Below, one piece after another: positions 12,880-26,492 of a stretch of 64,000 bases of DNA (positions are counted from its first letter, which is position 1; each line of letters starts with the position of its first letter). The translations under genes were made by a program, and so were the position numbers. Under the pieces are notes generated by a model. It searched no databases and had not been told where the DNA came from. It saw nothing but the letters and a program-made list of their open reading frames with translations. This DNA is from Mobula hypostoma (taxonomy: Eukaryota), in assembly GCF_963921235.1 (NCBI RefSeq), contig NC_086109.1, positions 36,768,001-36,832,000 on the forward strand. Direction: 5' to 3'.

Positions 12880-14097
12880 ACCATATAACAAAACCATATA
12901 ACCATATAACAATTACAGCACAGAAACAGGCCATCTCGGCCCTTCTAGTCTGTGCCAAACTCTTAATCTCACCTAGTCCCACCGACCTGCACGCCGTTCC
13001 CTTCCACCGCTTTACCCATGTCAACTTTCCTAGTAACCTCATCAAAAAATTCAATAAGATTTGTCAAACATAACCTTCCACGCACAAATCCATGTTGACT
13101 GTTCCTAATCAGACCCTGTTTATCCAGATAATTATATATACCATTTTTAAGAGTACTTTCCATCAATTTACCCACCACTGACGTCAAACTCACAGGCCGA
13201 TAATTGCTAGGATTACTCTTAGAGCCCTTTTTAAACAATGGAACAACATGAGCAATACGCTAATCCTCTGGCATCATCCCCGTTTCAAATAACATTTGAA
13301 ATATTTCTGTCAGAGCCCCTGCTACTTCCACACTAACTTCCCGGAAGGTCCTAGGGAATATCTTGTCCGGACCCAGAGACTTATCCACCTTTATATTCCT
13401 TAAAAGTGCTAGTACTTCCTCTTCTTTAATCATCATACTTTCCATAACTACCCTTCTTGTTTCCTTTACCTTACACAATTCAATATCCTTCTTCTTAGTG
13501 AATACCGAAGAAAAGAAATTATTCAAAATTTCTCCCATCTCTTTTGGCTCTGCACATAGCTGTCCACTCTGATTCTCTAAGGGACCAATTATATCCCTCA
13601 CTCTCCTTTTGCTATTAATATAACTGTAGAAACCCTTTGGATTTATTTTCACTTTACTTGCCAAAGCAGCCTCATATCTTCTTTTAGCTTTTCTAATTTC
13701 TTTCTTAAGATTCTTTTTACGTTCTTTATATTCCTCGAGCACCTCATTTACTCCAAGCTGCCTATATTTATTGTAGATATCTCTCTTTTTCTGAACCAAG
13801 TTTCCAATATCTCTTGAAAACCATGGCTCTCTCAAACTTTTAACCTTTCTATTCAACCTGACAGGAACATAAAGATCCTGTACCCTCAAAATTTCACCTT
13901 TAAATGACCTCCATTTCTCTATTACATCCTTCCCATAAAACAAATTGTCCCAATCCACTCCTTCTAAATCCTTTCACATCTCTTCAAAGTTAGCCTTTCT
14001 CCAATCAAAAATCTCAATCCTGGGTCCAGTCCTATCCTTCTCCATAATTATATTGAAACTAATGGTATTGTGATCACTGGACCTGAAGTGCTCCCCA
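12880..14097 (-). mobile_element. CR1 LINE (same subfamily as 5518-8060) with an internal deletion of about 1.09 kb
   Basis: ORFs 13260-13958 and 12969-13238 are highly similar to the copy at 6700-7800. The 3' UTR is joined to the RT region at 12992/13003. Confidence 0.88.
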
Positions 14098-14410
14098 GCA
14101 ATATTAGGGTGAAAATTTGATGAAATGCAGGAATTATAGCAAGTGCTTGCAGGGTGATATGATATGGTTAGCTATAGGAAATAGATATTCCTGGGTTATG
14201 GATAAATTGGGAAATGAAAATTTGTTGGGAATGAAATCCTTATGTAACCCAAAGGCTACTTGTACTGGCAGGGACTGTGTATTAATTAATAGACAGGAAA
14301 TGTGTAATAATAAAGGAAGTGTGTTATAGAGATTGGTGTATTATCCAACTGATTACTGTCCATATCAATGATTTGACTAATGAAAATAAGTATAAGATAT
14401 AATACTCCAA

Positions 14411-15427
14411 AGCCATAAGATATAGGGGCATAATTAGGCCACTTGGCCCATTGAGTCTGCTCTGCCATTCCATCATGGCTGATAAATTATCCTTCTCACC
14501 CCCATTCTTCTAACTGCTCCCCATAACCTTTGACGCTCTGATTCATCCAGAACCCATCAACCTCCACTTTAAATAAACTCAATGACCTGGTCCCCACAGC
14601 TGTCTGTGGCAATGAATTCCACAGATTCACCAGCTTCTGGTTAAAGAAATTCCTCTTCATCTCTCTTTTAAATGGACATCCCCCTATTCTGAATCTGTGA
14701 CCACTGGTGCTGGTCTCACCTTCTATAAGAAGCATCCCCTTCACATCCAATCTCTCTAGACCTTTCAATATTTAATAGGCTTCAATAAGATCCAACCTCA
14801 TTCTAAACTCCAGCAAGTACATGCTCAGAGCCGTCAAACACTCCTCATAAATTAACCCTTTCCTTCTTAGGATCATTTTCGTGAACTTCCTCTTGACCCA
14901 CTCCAATGGCAGCAATATCTTTTCTGAAATAAGGGGCCCAAAACTGTTCACTATACTCCAAGTGTGGTCCGGATAATGCCTTATAAAGCCTTAGCATCGC
15001 ATCCTTGCCTTTATAATTGTAGTCTTCTCAAAATGAATGTTCATGTTGCATTTGCCCTCCTTACCACTGATTCAACCTGCAAATCCTGCACAAGTCCCTT
15101 TGCACTTCTGATTTTTGAATTTCTCCCTGTTTAGAAAATGGTATTTGCCTTTATTTCTTTAACTAGGGTGCTTGACCGGACACTTCCCTACACTATATTC
15201 CATCTGCCACTTCTTTGCCTATTCTTCTAATCTGCCTAAGTGCTTATGTGGACTCCCTGTTTCCTCAACCCTACTTGCCCCTCCACTTACCTTTGTATTG
15301 TCTGCAAACTTGGCCAGGAAGCCATTAGTTCCATCATCCAAATCATTGACATATTATGTGAAAAGAAGCAGTCCCAATACTGACCCCTGCTGGAAAACAC
15401 TTAACACCAGAGCCGACCAGAAAAGGT
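14411..15427 (-). mobile_element. CR1 LINE 3' part
   Basis: ORF2 C-terminal relic (RNFFNQKLVNLWNSLP), FADD region near 15300, and 3' UTR. Confidence 0.8.
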
Positions 15428-15513
15428 GAACTCAACAAAACGTACAAATTCATAAAGGGCTTCACAAGGAAGAGGCAGGGATGAATATTCCTCTGATTGA
15501 GTTATCAAGGACA

Positions 15514-17624
15514 TTACCCATGGAAACAAAATACATAAATTATCATTATATGCAGATGATTTGTTGTTATACATCTCTAACCCGGAGAAGTCAATTCCTG
15601 CTATCCTAGATCTGTTAGCTCAATTTAGTAACTTCTCTGGTTACAAATTGAATCTTAATAAGAGTGAATTATTCCCTTTAAATAAGCATGCACCTATTTA
15701 TGGACGTTTACCATTTAAATTGGTTACTGATTCATTTATATATTTAGGGATAACAATTATGAAAAAATATAGAGATTTATTTAAAGCTAATTTTTTACCT
15801 TTAATTGATCAGATTAAACTTTTATTTACCAAATGGTCGCCAATCTTTGTCCTTGATTGGTCAGATTAATGCTATTGAGATGATCATTTTGCCCAAATTT
15901 TTGTATATATTCCAATCGGTTCCAATTTTTATCCCAAAATCTTTTTTTGATAACGTAGATTCAAAAATGTCTTCATATATTTGGCAGAATAAAAACCCTA
16001 GGTTAGGTAAAAGGTATCTACAGAAATCTAAAAAGGAGGGGGGGCTCACCCTCCTGAATTTTAGATTCTATTACTGGGCAATTAATATTCGATATTTAAA
16101 ATTTTGGTTACGAGATTTGGATGTATTTTTAAACCCTCATTGGGTAAATCTTGAATCTAATTTATCACAAGGGTTTTCCTTGGGTTCGGTTTTAGGAACT
16201 TTACTTCCTTTTACTTCTTTTAAATCATATAAACAAATGAACAACCCAATAGTTAAGCATACTTTATGTATATGGTTTCAATTTCGAAGATTTTTTGGGT
16301 TTAATCAATTTATTCTAGCAAGTCCCATTATATCAAATTTTCTCTTTCAACCTTCCACGATGGATCAAGCTTACTTTGATTGGAAAACCAAAGGTATAAT
16401 ATCTTTTCACGATTTATTTTTGAATAATTGTTTTATGTCTTTTGATCAACTCTCTAATAAATATAACTTACCCAGATCTCACTTTTTAAGATATCTACAG
16501 ATTAGAAACTTTTTAATTACTGTCTCCCCTAATTTTCCACACCCATATCCAATGGACATTTTGGAAAAAATCTTAGATTTAAATCTCTCTCAGAAAAGTG
16601 TAGAAGCAATTATATATAATATAATTATGCATTTATGTCCTGATGCTTCTAATAAAATTAAAGCTGACTGGGAAAGAGAACTTGAGATTAATATACCGAC
16701 TGAAAATTGGGAAAAAATTGTTCAGTTGGTGAATTCATCCTCTGTGTGTGCTAAGCACAGGTTGGTACAGTTTAAAGTAGTGCCCAGGGCTCATATGTCC
16801 AAAGATAAACTATCTCGTTATTACTCTTATATTAATCCAATATGTAACAGATGTCATTCTGAGATAGCTTCTTCAACCTACATGTTTTGGTCATGTCCCT
16901 TGTTGGACAAATATTGGAAAGATATTTTTGATATTATTTCAACGGTCCTAAATATAGACTTACAACCTCATCCAATTACTGCTATCTTTGGACTACCAAT
17001 GATAGACTTAAATAATTTAACCTCTTCATCACAAAGGATGATTGCATTTCTTACTTTAGTGGCTAGAAGGTCCATTTTGTTGAATTGGAAAGAGATTAAC
17101 CCTCCTAAGGTATTTCATTGGTTTTCACAAACTATGGTGTGTTTGAATTTGGAGAAAATTAGAAGTGCAGTTTATGACCCTTCCATTAAGTTTGAAAAAA
17201 CTTGGAGGCCATTTATTCAACATTTTCATTTGATGTAATTTGATCATTTCCAAACTTGTTTTATCTCTCTGTACTGTTGTTGGAGGGGAATGGAGTCGTC
17301 GGCACTAAGGTTTTCTTCTTTTCCATCTTTAAGTTGTCAGTTTTGCCCAAGTCTTTTAGTTTAGTTGATTAATTTTGTTTTTCTTTGGGGATGGGGTTTG
17401 TTTTTTTTTTGTTTGTTTTTTTTCTTTTTCATGATTTTTTTTCCAGTTTTTTTTTTGCTTTGTATTATCCGTTGTTAGTTCTACATGATTGGGAGCCTTG
17501 TTAATTTACACTATTTGATTTTACAATTACTTTTGTTAAGTGTAACAATATATCTCCTACTATTTGTATTATTGCTATGTTTTGTTTCTATATTTCGAAA
17601 TTAATAAAAAGATTGAAAAAGAAA
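15514..17624 (+). mobile_element. 5'-truncated L1-clade LINE, inserted in an older CR1 3' end (15430-15498 and 17640-17915)
   Basis: 15-bp TSD GAGTTATCAAGGACA at 15499-15513 and 17625-17639. KLSLYADD motif at about 15535-15560. ORFs 15561-15869 and 15805-17238 are one frameshift apart and end in CNRC...MFWSC and W.PF. T-rich 3' UTR, AATAAA and A-rich tail. Confidence 0.92.
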
Positions 17625-20600
17625 GAGTTATCAAGGACACAAAATGATCGATAAGGATTCGTCATTCAAGGCTGAAGTAATAAGAAGTTTCTTTACCTAA
17701 ATGGTGGCAACTTTTCAGGAATTCTCTACTGAAGATAGTTGTGGAGGTTTGGAGTATATTCAAAACAAGGGTTTATAGATTTTGAATTTTGAATGATTTG
17801 AGGTATATAGGGTCAGTACAGAAAGTGGCCTTGTGGTAAATATCGGGCATGAACTTATGTACCACATGGCAGAGCAGGCTTCAAGAGTCAATTGATCCAT
17901 TCCTATTTCTGTTCTCATGGTAGGAGATGATCTGTAGAAATCATTTGCCAAAAACATTCTGTGCTTTATATTTTTCACTCAGAATTCACCTTGCAATTTT
18001 TCCACTTTGTGAGCTTTGGTTCTGAATTGAAATTTGTAGAGCCAGTTTGATCTCCATTAGATAATACATTTTATCACTATAACATGAATGTGAAAGGAAC
18101 TTAGGAATATTTCCGTACACACAGGTTTTATAAAATTATGATTATATTGCTATCATATTAATGCAAACAGTGAATTAATAGAAAGAAATGGATGGGTATC
18201 TTCCTTGAAAGATGACAACATCATATTCTGTTCATTTTGTAGATGAATTAATTAATACACAATATGTATGTGAAAGGTAAGTGTCAGTGGTTTACAATAA
18301 ATTTCAGAATAATCATCTCTAACTCTGTCTAGAAGACATCCACAGCTGGGCCATTTTTACTTGGCAACCACAATAAAATATGATGGCTTTAGGACATGGT
18401 TGCTTGATGTCAATGTCAATGGAAAACTTCAAGGCTGAGTGGTGCTCCAAAAAAGAGTCTCGTACATAGACCGAAGTGTCCCTGAAAGCCTTAATTATTC
18501 ATGTTGGAGGATAAATTTCAAACGAGAAAATTGTGCTTTAATGACACACAGTTGGCTCCCTTCATGCTTCTGTGGAAATGTCTGAACAAAATAAATGTGT
18601 CTTATCTAATGCATTTGTTTGATGGTGTTAGATCAATAAAGGGAAACCTTTGGCACTGAAGAGTTTTCTCAAGGTCCAGTAGAATTCTATTTACGTAAAA
18701 AGAAGCCATTTATCACATCAGTTCTTCAAGTGGAACACAAAACATAACAGTAAAATAAAAATAAGATTTCCGTTGCGTTAACATTTTTAACTAAGTGGGT
18801 TTATGCCTATAATTTTCAAACCAGGATTGTCACTTCAATAACTCACCGTTGGATGAAAATTACTGGCTGCCACCATTTAACAAATACAGTTGAAGCCTTT
18901 ACAAATTTCTTTACAGGGTGTAGATAAATTTGACAAATCATAATTAGCTTAAGAGTCTGCACGTTCATCTACCTTTTCATGGTTTTACTTTGTATTATTT
19001 TCTTTTGTTATACTCATTGTTTCATGTAGTGGATCTGTAGGTGATGAATTACCTGGACAATTTTGTGCGTTTTCTTTTCCTTGATGTGATTAAGTTGTGA
19101 TTGTCAAAGTTGCATTGTTAAACTACTTTAAATTCTGAAAGAAAAAATATGGATGAACAGAGAAGTAACTTTAATCACTAAAAAGTAAGGAATACAAAGC
19201 TGAATTTCATTGACAGCTTGTGCAAAGTTTGCTGATGAAGAGTTAGAAATCACAGGACAAGGAAAAGAGGGAAAATGCTTGAAGGTGTTGTTGTCCAGAA
19301 ACCTATGTTGTAATGTGCACCTGTAGACATCTTATGGATAGATCTGTGCTTAGCTGTGATCGCAGTAGATATCAGAGATTCACTAAGGAGAGCAAATTTA
19401 GAATCCATGCATATGTAATTTTCTAAAAAGCAACTGGCTCCTTTATATTGTCAAGGGCAAGTGATTTTAGTTGGGCTGTAGAGGGAAAAAAGGGCTAAAT
19501 GAGGTGGAGAATCATCAGAAATCTTCCAATGACAATCTTTTAACTTTAATGGCATTTTTGTATGCTTAATACACTTGACATAAAGACTCTATGTTCCATG
19601 TAACACATGCTCCGTTAATAATTGTCAGATTTGTTATGGACACATGTCTTTAAATGCACATGGGTATGTCTCAGGCTGTCCTTTAAAAATTTCATCAGCT
19701 ACTCATTTTAGTATGGTGCTGCTTTTGGTTTTTACCATCATAGCAACCAGACAATAATTTTCTGCTATTTTGAGTGCAAAAATCATGCTTTCAGTACTTA
19801 CATATGAATTTCATTTTGTTCCAATTGTGCAATTATAGTGAGTAAAGAGAATGGGTCAGGTTTGTGCTCTTGATGCAGCTATTGCTAATATTGCAAACAC
19901 AGGTACAATAATTAATATCAAAGGATTATGATTTGTAACAGTAAAAATATCTAACAAGAACTTGCGAGACATTTCAATTCTCAAGACAATTCTTAATTCA
20001 TTTTGAGAATGATTTCTTCAACATTTCATCAAAGAACATGATGAACACCAATTGCTTTTCCTCACAATCAGCCATTAGATAATATTCAAACCATAATGTA
20101 AAACATCATACTCGGGTTGTTATACCGATATTGTATTACAGTGAACTATCTAGCTGACTCTTCATATATACATGAGGCATTGTCTGTCCTTTACTGCAAT
20201 CTCATATTTTTTACATTTTAGTGGCTGATGTAATGATGTCAGATTTGATGCATGATCTCGTGAAAATCTAGCATGTTGTTGTATTAAGTCTAACAAGTTA
20301 TATTTTACAGTATTTTGAAGTTTCGTGCCTTCATATTTATTTGGTCTTTATCTTTTGACATGCAGCCAATTATTTTTAACTTAAAATATTACTTCTGCTT
20401 CCTGATTTTCAGATTTATACTTTTTTGTTCACTTTTAATATTCAAGATTTCCTCCTTTTCTTGATTTTTATGGCTAATGGCACATCATTTTGATTAAAGA
20501 CAGTTTAGAGAACAACAGAGCACCATATGGTACATTTTGTATTTGAATAAAGAGCATTATGTTTAATTGCAAGTATTTTTCTCCCCTTATCCACATCCAA

Positions 20601-22559
20601 TGAAGCAAATATATGTGACAAATCTCATTTGTTAAAAACTTTGGTTTCTGCCAACTCTACAGTAAAATCTAGTGAGGTAAGTAATGGGTACTGTTCATTT
20701 ACTGCATGGTTCATGTCACTTTGCAATCACCACATAATCAAACAGACTTGTTTACTTTAAGTACATCTACAAATGGTGTTGTGCAAGAACTACCTCCACT
20801 GAAACACCACCTCTATATATGTAGGTTTTGTCCCTGCTTTCACATGGATATAAACGTTGTAACCTGTGATAGTCTTCGAAGAAATTGTGAACATCTCTGC
20901 ATACTTTTTACATTTTATGCAGAAATATTTTAAGGTATTGAAGTGTTTGCACTTTCCAAATTATATATCAATGGGTTAATGTGATTTTGAAAGATCTCAA
21001 GATCTGCTGCAATTTTCTGAGCTAATTTTTGCCAACCAATATCATTGATGAGTATAATCAGCTGCAATTATCTGTAGTTTAATTTGCTCTCCATTGACGC
21101 CCAGTAAATATTTATTCTAACCTGAAGACTTCAATACTTTGTTTGAATATGCTTACAAATGCTATTTGGCTTAACTCACTTAGATAGACATCGATTTCCA
21201 TAATCAAGCGACCTGTTGCTTCAGTGATGCTCATGCTGATAATCCGCGTATTTAACCGATTTTACTCCTAAAGTCAGTCTGCTTTCTGCTGGTTCCATAA
21301 ATATTTCATTTGCCCATCACTTCACTGCTGTCGCTGATGTCAATGCAGTGTGGATGTCTGCACTGTCAGTTTTTTGCTGTGAAACCATTCTGTCTTGTAA
21401 AGAAATCATGTTACTGAAATTGCTTCGATTTTGGCTTCTGACTTAAATGCTGAACTGTTTATGTGACCTTATTTCTCCCAAGTTCACTTTAACAACTACT
21501 GTATAATTGCAAACTGCAGTCATACTTTTAGCTTGCATTGAACCAAAATCTTTGGCATTCCTCAGTGCCGTATCGATAGATCACAATTCTGTATGCAAGA
21601 TCAAATGGGAGAGAGTGTGCATTTAGTAGCTGATCGAAATGATCGAATCCTCTCATTGAACACAAATGGATCAGTCCTGAAAGGTGCTAATACTTCACTT
21701 CTAATCAAGTCCTTCCTAACTTCTGACTCCTATTTTCAACTTTACAGTTCTCTGCATTTTCTAATGTTTTATGACTAAAATTATCTTTGCATTAGGTCAT
21801 ACGCTCTAAAAATATTTCGATATATGAAGTTTAAAATGCCTGCATCAAACAAGAGAAAATCTGCAGAGGCTGGAAATCTGAGCAATAAATCATCCATCAA
21901 ATCCATGCACTGAGACTTCCATTGTAATCAGTATATGTCTGAGCAGTCAGCAGTCATTCTCTCCCTCCCACTCCCCCTCATCCCCTCTGCCTCTCCCTCT
22001 CCCGCTCCTTCTCATACAATCTTCTCTTTTCAGATCAAATATGGAACTACAATATAAAAGCATTTAAAACTTCCCTGGAAATCTTTGTAACTTTATTATG
22101 AAAGAAATCTGCCTGTTGAGTTAATATTCAAGACCAGAATGCATTACTATGCTGATGTCACTAAACTAAACTGAAACAAGTGTGGTGTAGGACAAGAACT
22201 CCCAACTGACATTCAGGGCCAAATCACAGCTGCAAAGTTAAATAGACATTTAAATTTCTAGGCAGAGTTACTGATTTCTCAATAGTTTTAGTGCGAATAT
22301 TGATCAATCAGTGATACTTGCTTCAAGGAAATAACTGTTCTACCTTTGCTCGCTGGGTGAGCTAAAAGCAGAAAAGCAAAGTAAAATAAAAAGTCATGTT
22401 TTTGCTTATAATCCAGTATGAAATAATTTATTCTGTGGAGCATCACACTGTCAATTTAGTTAATTTAATCAATTAAAATACTGTATAATGACCACTGAAT
22501 GAAGTAGGCTTGAGGTCCACATATGAAAACTGGAATAATTATTTATATGCATCCATCGA

Positions 22560-23710
22560 AGTTCAAAGTTCAAAGTAAATTTATTATCAAAGTGCATTTA
22601 CATCACTGCATACAACCTGAGATTCATTTTCTAGCTGACAATCACAGTAAATACAAAAAACACAACAGAGTTAATGAAAGACCATATTCAACAGGACAGA
22701 CGGATGGAAAAAAAACAATGTGCAAAAGACAACAAACTGCAAATATAAGAAGAAAGAAAAATAAGCATAAGCAATCATAATAAATAGGCAATAAATACCG
22801 AGAACATGAGATGAAGAGTCCTTGAAGGTGAGGCGATAGGCTGCAAGAGCAGTTCAATGATGAGGCAAGTGCAGTTAAGTGAAGTTATGCCCTCTGGTTC
22901 AGAAGCCTGAAGGCTAATGGGTAGTTACTGTTTCTGAACCTGGTGGGAGTGTCCTGTATTATTATTGGACTGTATTTTCTATTGGTCTCCTTCAATCTTT
23001 GGTGTTTCCCTTCTTGTTGCTGATTGGCGGTGGACAATATGGATTATATGTGAGAGAGAAGTTGGAGATTCGGGGACTGATGTTGGTATTTGTTGGTGTT
23101 ATTCTGTATGGGCAAATCATTTGGTTTTGTGTGTGAGAGGGGCTCCTAGTTTGATGCCATTGTCACTGTTTTATTTCTGTGATGGAGGGGGCAGGGGATT
23201 TGATGTTATCGCCGCTGATTTTTTTCAGTGAGGGAGTTTGGGGGTTTATGGTTTTTGGGGCAGTGGATGGTCCATTAGTTCCTTTGTGCAGAGCTCTGGG
23301 GGGTTTGGAGCTTGTGAGTTTGTTTCTGTTTTGTGATGGGGTGGGGGAGTGATGGCTTTTCAACAACTCCCATGGTTTTTCTATAGTTCATGGCTATCTG
23401 GAGAAGATGAATATCAGTTGTGTTGTACGTGCATACTTTGACAACAAAATGAACAATGGTATTGGTGTTTCCATACAAGATACAACCAGTCAATATCATG
23501 ACATATTTTTGAAGCTTGTCAAAGTGTGAGATGATGTGCCAATTCTTTGCAAACTTCTAAAGAAGTAGAAGCGTTGCCGTGCAATCTTTGTGATGGCACT
23601 GACATGCTAGACCCAAGACAGATCTTCAGAAATGATAATGCCAAGGAATTTAATGTGGCTGAATCTCTGCACCTCTGATCCCCCAATGAGGACTGGCTCA
23701 TGGACATCAC
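22560..23710. mobile_element. Cluster of Rex-type LINE 3' fragments (minus 22560-22950, plus about 22960-23452, minus about 23470-23710)
   Basis: Shared tail motifs AAGTTCAAAGTAAATTTATTATC and GAAGATGAATATCAG.TGT...TACTTTGACAACAAAATGAAC, plus an RT C-terminal relic. Confidence 0.6.
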
Positions 23711-24283
23711 GGTGGAGGAGGGAGCTGTGTGAAGGTTAGGGTTGGGTTACGAGTGGGGTTAAGAGATGGAGGTGAGAGGCTGGAGGCTCATCAGTGTAGT
23801 AAACAATACTATTACTGCATTTAATTGTATATCAATGAAGCTTTTTCCTTGATTTGCCAGCACCTAAATTCAGTGATATTCCATCAGCTGAACTTTAGTT
23901 CTCCAAATGTTATTTTAGTATTACTGGACATCATTCTCCCTTGATCTGCCTTGACTGAGGCAGGAACTCTTGTGGGAACAAAAGCACCTGAGGATGATTC
24001 TCAACATTTGTACCTGGCCAAAAATGGCTCATGCACCCATTTACAAATTACTTCAGATGAGTTGAATGAGAAACCAGATAATTCTGTATTGGGTAGATAA
24101 TCCAAACCACCAGTATATCCCATACCAATCAAGTTAAAAATTCAGCCCTGTTTTCCAGCATGTAACAAATGCAATGGAAGGACAAGGGCACTTCATTATA
24201 TCAGCATTAGGCTTCATTGGGTGCTGTTGAAATTTTTAGGGTTTTTTTCTCTTTCGATTTTATGTGCACATCTTATTGCAGTA

Positions 24284-24817
24284 CAGTGCTGTGCAAAAGT
24301 CTTAGGCACATTTATATAGCTAGTTTCTCAAAGACTTCTGCACAGTATTGTAGTAATTTTATGTATTGCACTGTAGCACTACTGCAAATAACAAAAAAAA
24401 GACTTACGTGGGTGTTGATGAACTGATTCTGATATGGGTCTCTATTGTGGACTGAGAGACGGGGGAGGGAGAGGAGAATCATTTTGGGAAAGGGAAGGGA
24501 GAGGGGAGGGAGTGGGAAGCACCAGAGGGACATTCTGTAATAATTAATAAACCAATTGTTTAGAATCAAATAACCTTGCCTAGTGACTCAGGGCTGCATG
24601 TGTCTGCACCCATGCCATCCCACCCAGCTCTGGCACTCCTTCTCTGTCACCTGTCTCACACCCCTCCCATGGCCTCCACGCTCACCATTCCCAACATCCT
24701 TCGCTCCCACCAGATTTACAGATTTGCTTTCTGCTCCACGTTATCAAACACAATTCTGTGCAAAAGTCTTTGGCACCCTAGCTATATGTATCTGCCTAAG
24801 ACTTTTGCGCAGTATTG
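24284..24817. mobile_element. Composite non-autonomous Tc1/mariner-type DNA element bounded by two inverted 67-bp mini-MITEs
   Basis: TA at 24282-24283 and 24818-24819. Units 24284-24350 and 24751-24817 are each palindromic (CAGT.CTGTGCAAAAGTCTT...AAGACTTTTGC.CAGTATTG) and are reverse complements of each other. Confidence 0.8.
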
Positions 24818-25544
24818 TATCTAGTAATGCATTCCATGTATTTCTGCATAGTCTGCAGAATGAACAACAATCAGTCTTGAACTATCAATTTTTTTTGCTG
24901 GTGATACCATCTTTTTATACCATGTGGATCAGACTTTGCTAATTTTCTATATTTGTATTCTCTATATTTTAATATGCATCCAGTACAAATACTTTCTGTC
25001 AGTTTAAAATGTTTTTTAGAGGCTAAAGCTTCTTGTTAAAACAGATGCCTCTCACATGGACTTGCTCAGTTTCTCATTTGTTTAACTCTCTGCAGCATGA
25101 GTGCTTTGCATGTGATAATCTCTTGACCGGCTCCAAAGTTAGAGCATGGACAGTGTACTGAGCAAAGATCCTTCAACTAAGTATCAGAAATTATTAAATA
25201 CTGTACTATATCCGCTCTCAAAATATGACAATAAATTTGAAAGGTTCAAAGGGTAATTTTTACCGTCAAAGTATCCACATAAGCACAACTCTGATAGTCA
25301 TCTTGAATAATCTGACCTTGAAAAATTGATTCCATCCCTCACTCTCTGGCAGCCCTCTGAAACTGAAGCAATTTGTTTATATTCTTGGTGTCATATTTAA
25401 CCCTGGGATTTCAGCCTCAGGGCCTGACCATTTTGATGCATAAAGTGGCCAGAGCTGCATCTTCCACACTTCATGGTGTTTGCCATGGCATTCTCCCCTC
25501 TTAGCCAAAAAGTTACAGATTTACTAGATTTGAGAACCAATCCC

Positions 25545-25840
25545 CAGGATGACACAGAGGTGTTCCTTCAGATGAAATACTAAATCAAGGTCCTCTTTTT
25601 TTCTTTTAAGATACTCAAAAGACACCACAATACTATCTTACAGAACAGATGTGAAGTTGTCTCCATTGTCCTTGCAAATATTTATTTCTCCAACAACATT
25701 GATACCAAATTATCTGATTATTATTGTATTGTGGTTTGTCAGAGATTACAGCTGTGACTGTCCAAAACTATTAGTTGTCTGTGTGACACTGTGGGACGTA
25801 GTGAGATTGTGAAGGATATTTTATAAATAGAAATCTTTAT
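25545..25840 (+). mobile_element. Deu-domain SINE (SacSINE1/AmnSINE-like)
   Basis: Collinear diverged match to the recalled Deu domain: TTCAGATGA.A..TAAA.CAAGG, TGTCCTTGCAAATATTTAT, ATTATCTG.TTATT, GGGACGT..TGAGATTGTGAAGG...TATAAAT. Confidence 0.65.
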
Positions 25841-26011
25841 TGTAACTAAATGAATAGAGTACTTTCGAAACTAACTCATAGTAATTCATAGTAAGGTCCA
25901 TTCACCAATAACGTTTGAATTTCTTGATGGCCCATATTGCTTCCTAATAGAGTTTTGCAAATTTTTCCAAATGTTCAACATTGTTTTCACATTCCTCACT
26001 GAGGTTACTAT

Positions 26012-26492
26012 TTCCTGTCCAGTCTCTGGCTCAGAGTTCGAACCCAAGCCTTGTCATGTCCTCGCCTTGAAGAACCCAAGCCTCGTCATGTCCTCGCCTT
26101 GAAGAACCCAAGCCTCATCATGTCCTTGCCTTGAAGAACCCAAGCCTTGTCATGTCCTCACCTCAAGGATCCCAAGCCATGTCCAGTCCTGTAGCCACAT
26201 CATGTCCTCGCCTAGTTCTGGGGTCCGAGCCCTAGTCAGGACCAGGTTCTGGATCTTTGTCCACTCTCTGGCTCGGAGTCCATGCCCAGGCTCCTAGTTC
26301 CCAGTTCCTTGTCCTGGTCCCGCTTGCCTAGGCAATGTCCTAGGCAAAGTCTATGTTCATTGTCCCAGCTCCTAGTCTGCATCCAGTCACGTCCCTAACT
26401 CTGGCTCTCTAGTCAAGTCCTGTTCCTAGTACTTCAGCGTCTGTGTCTTGCATTTGGATCCTCCCAGCACCCCCCCCCCCCCCGTTATGACA
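26012..26492 (+). mobile_element. 3' part of a Gypsy-type LTR containing a 32-bp minisatellite
   Basis: Ends in GCATTTGGATCC...TTATGACA. Unit GAACCCAAGCCTCGTCATGTCCTCGCCTTGAA starts at 26040, 26072, 26104, 26136 and 26168. No 5' TG start found. Confidence 0.55.

Noticed and set aside
21960..22100. Splice acceptor (pyrimidine tract plus TTTTCAG) and possible exon
   Set aside because: No recognisable peptide or matching donor; cannot be supported.
26040..26185. 32-bp repeats resembling a CRISPR array
   Set aside because: Head-to-tail units with no spacers, no cas genes, and a eukaryotic LTR context.
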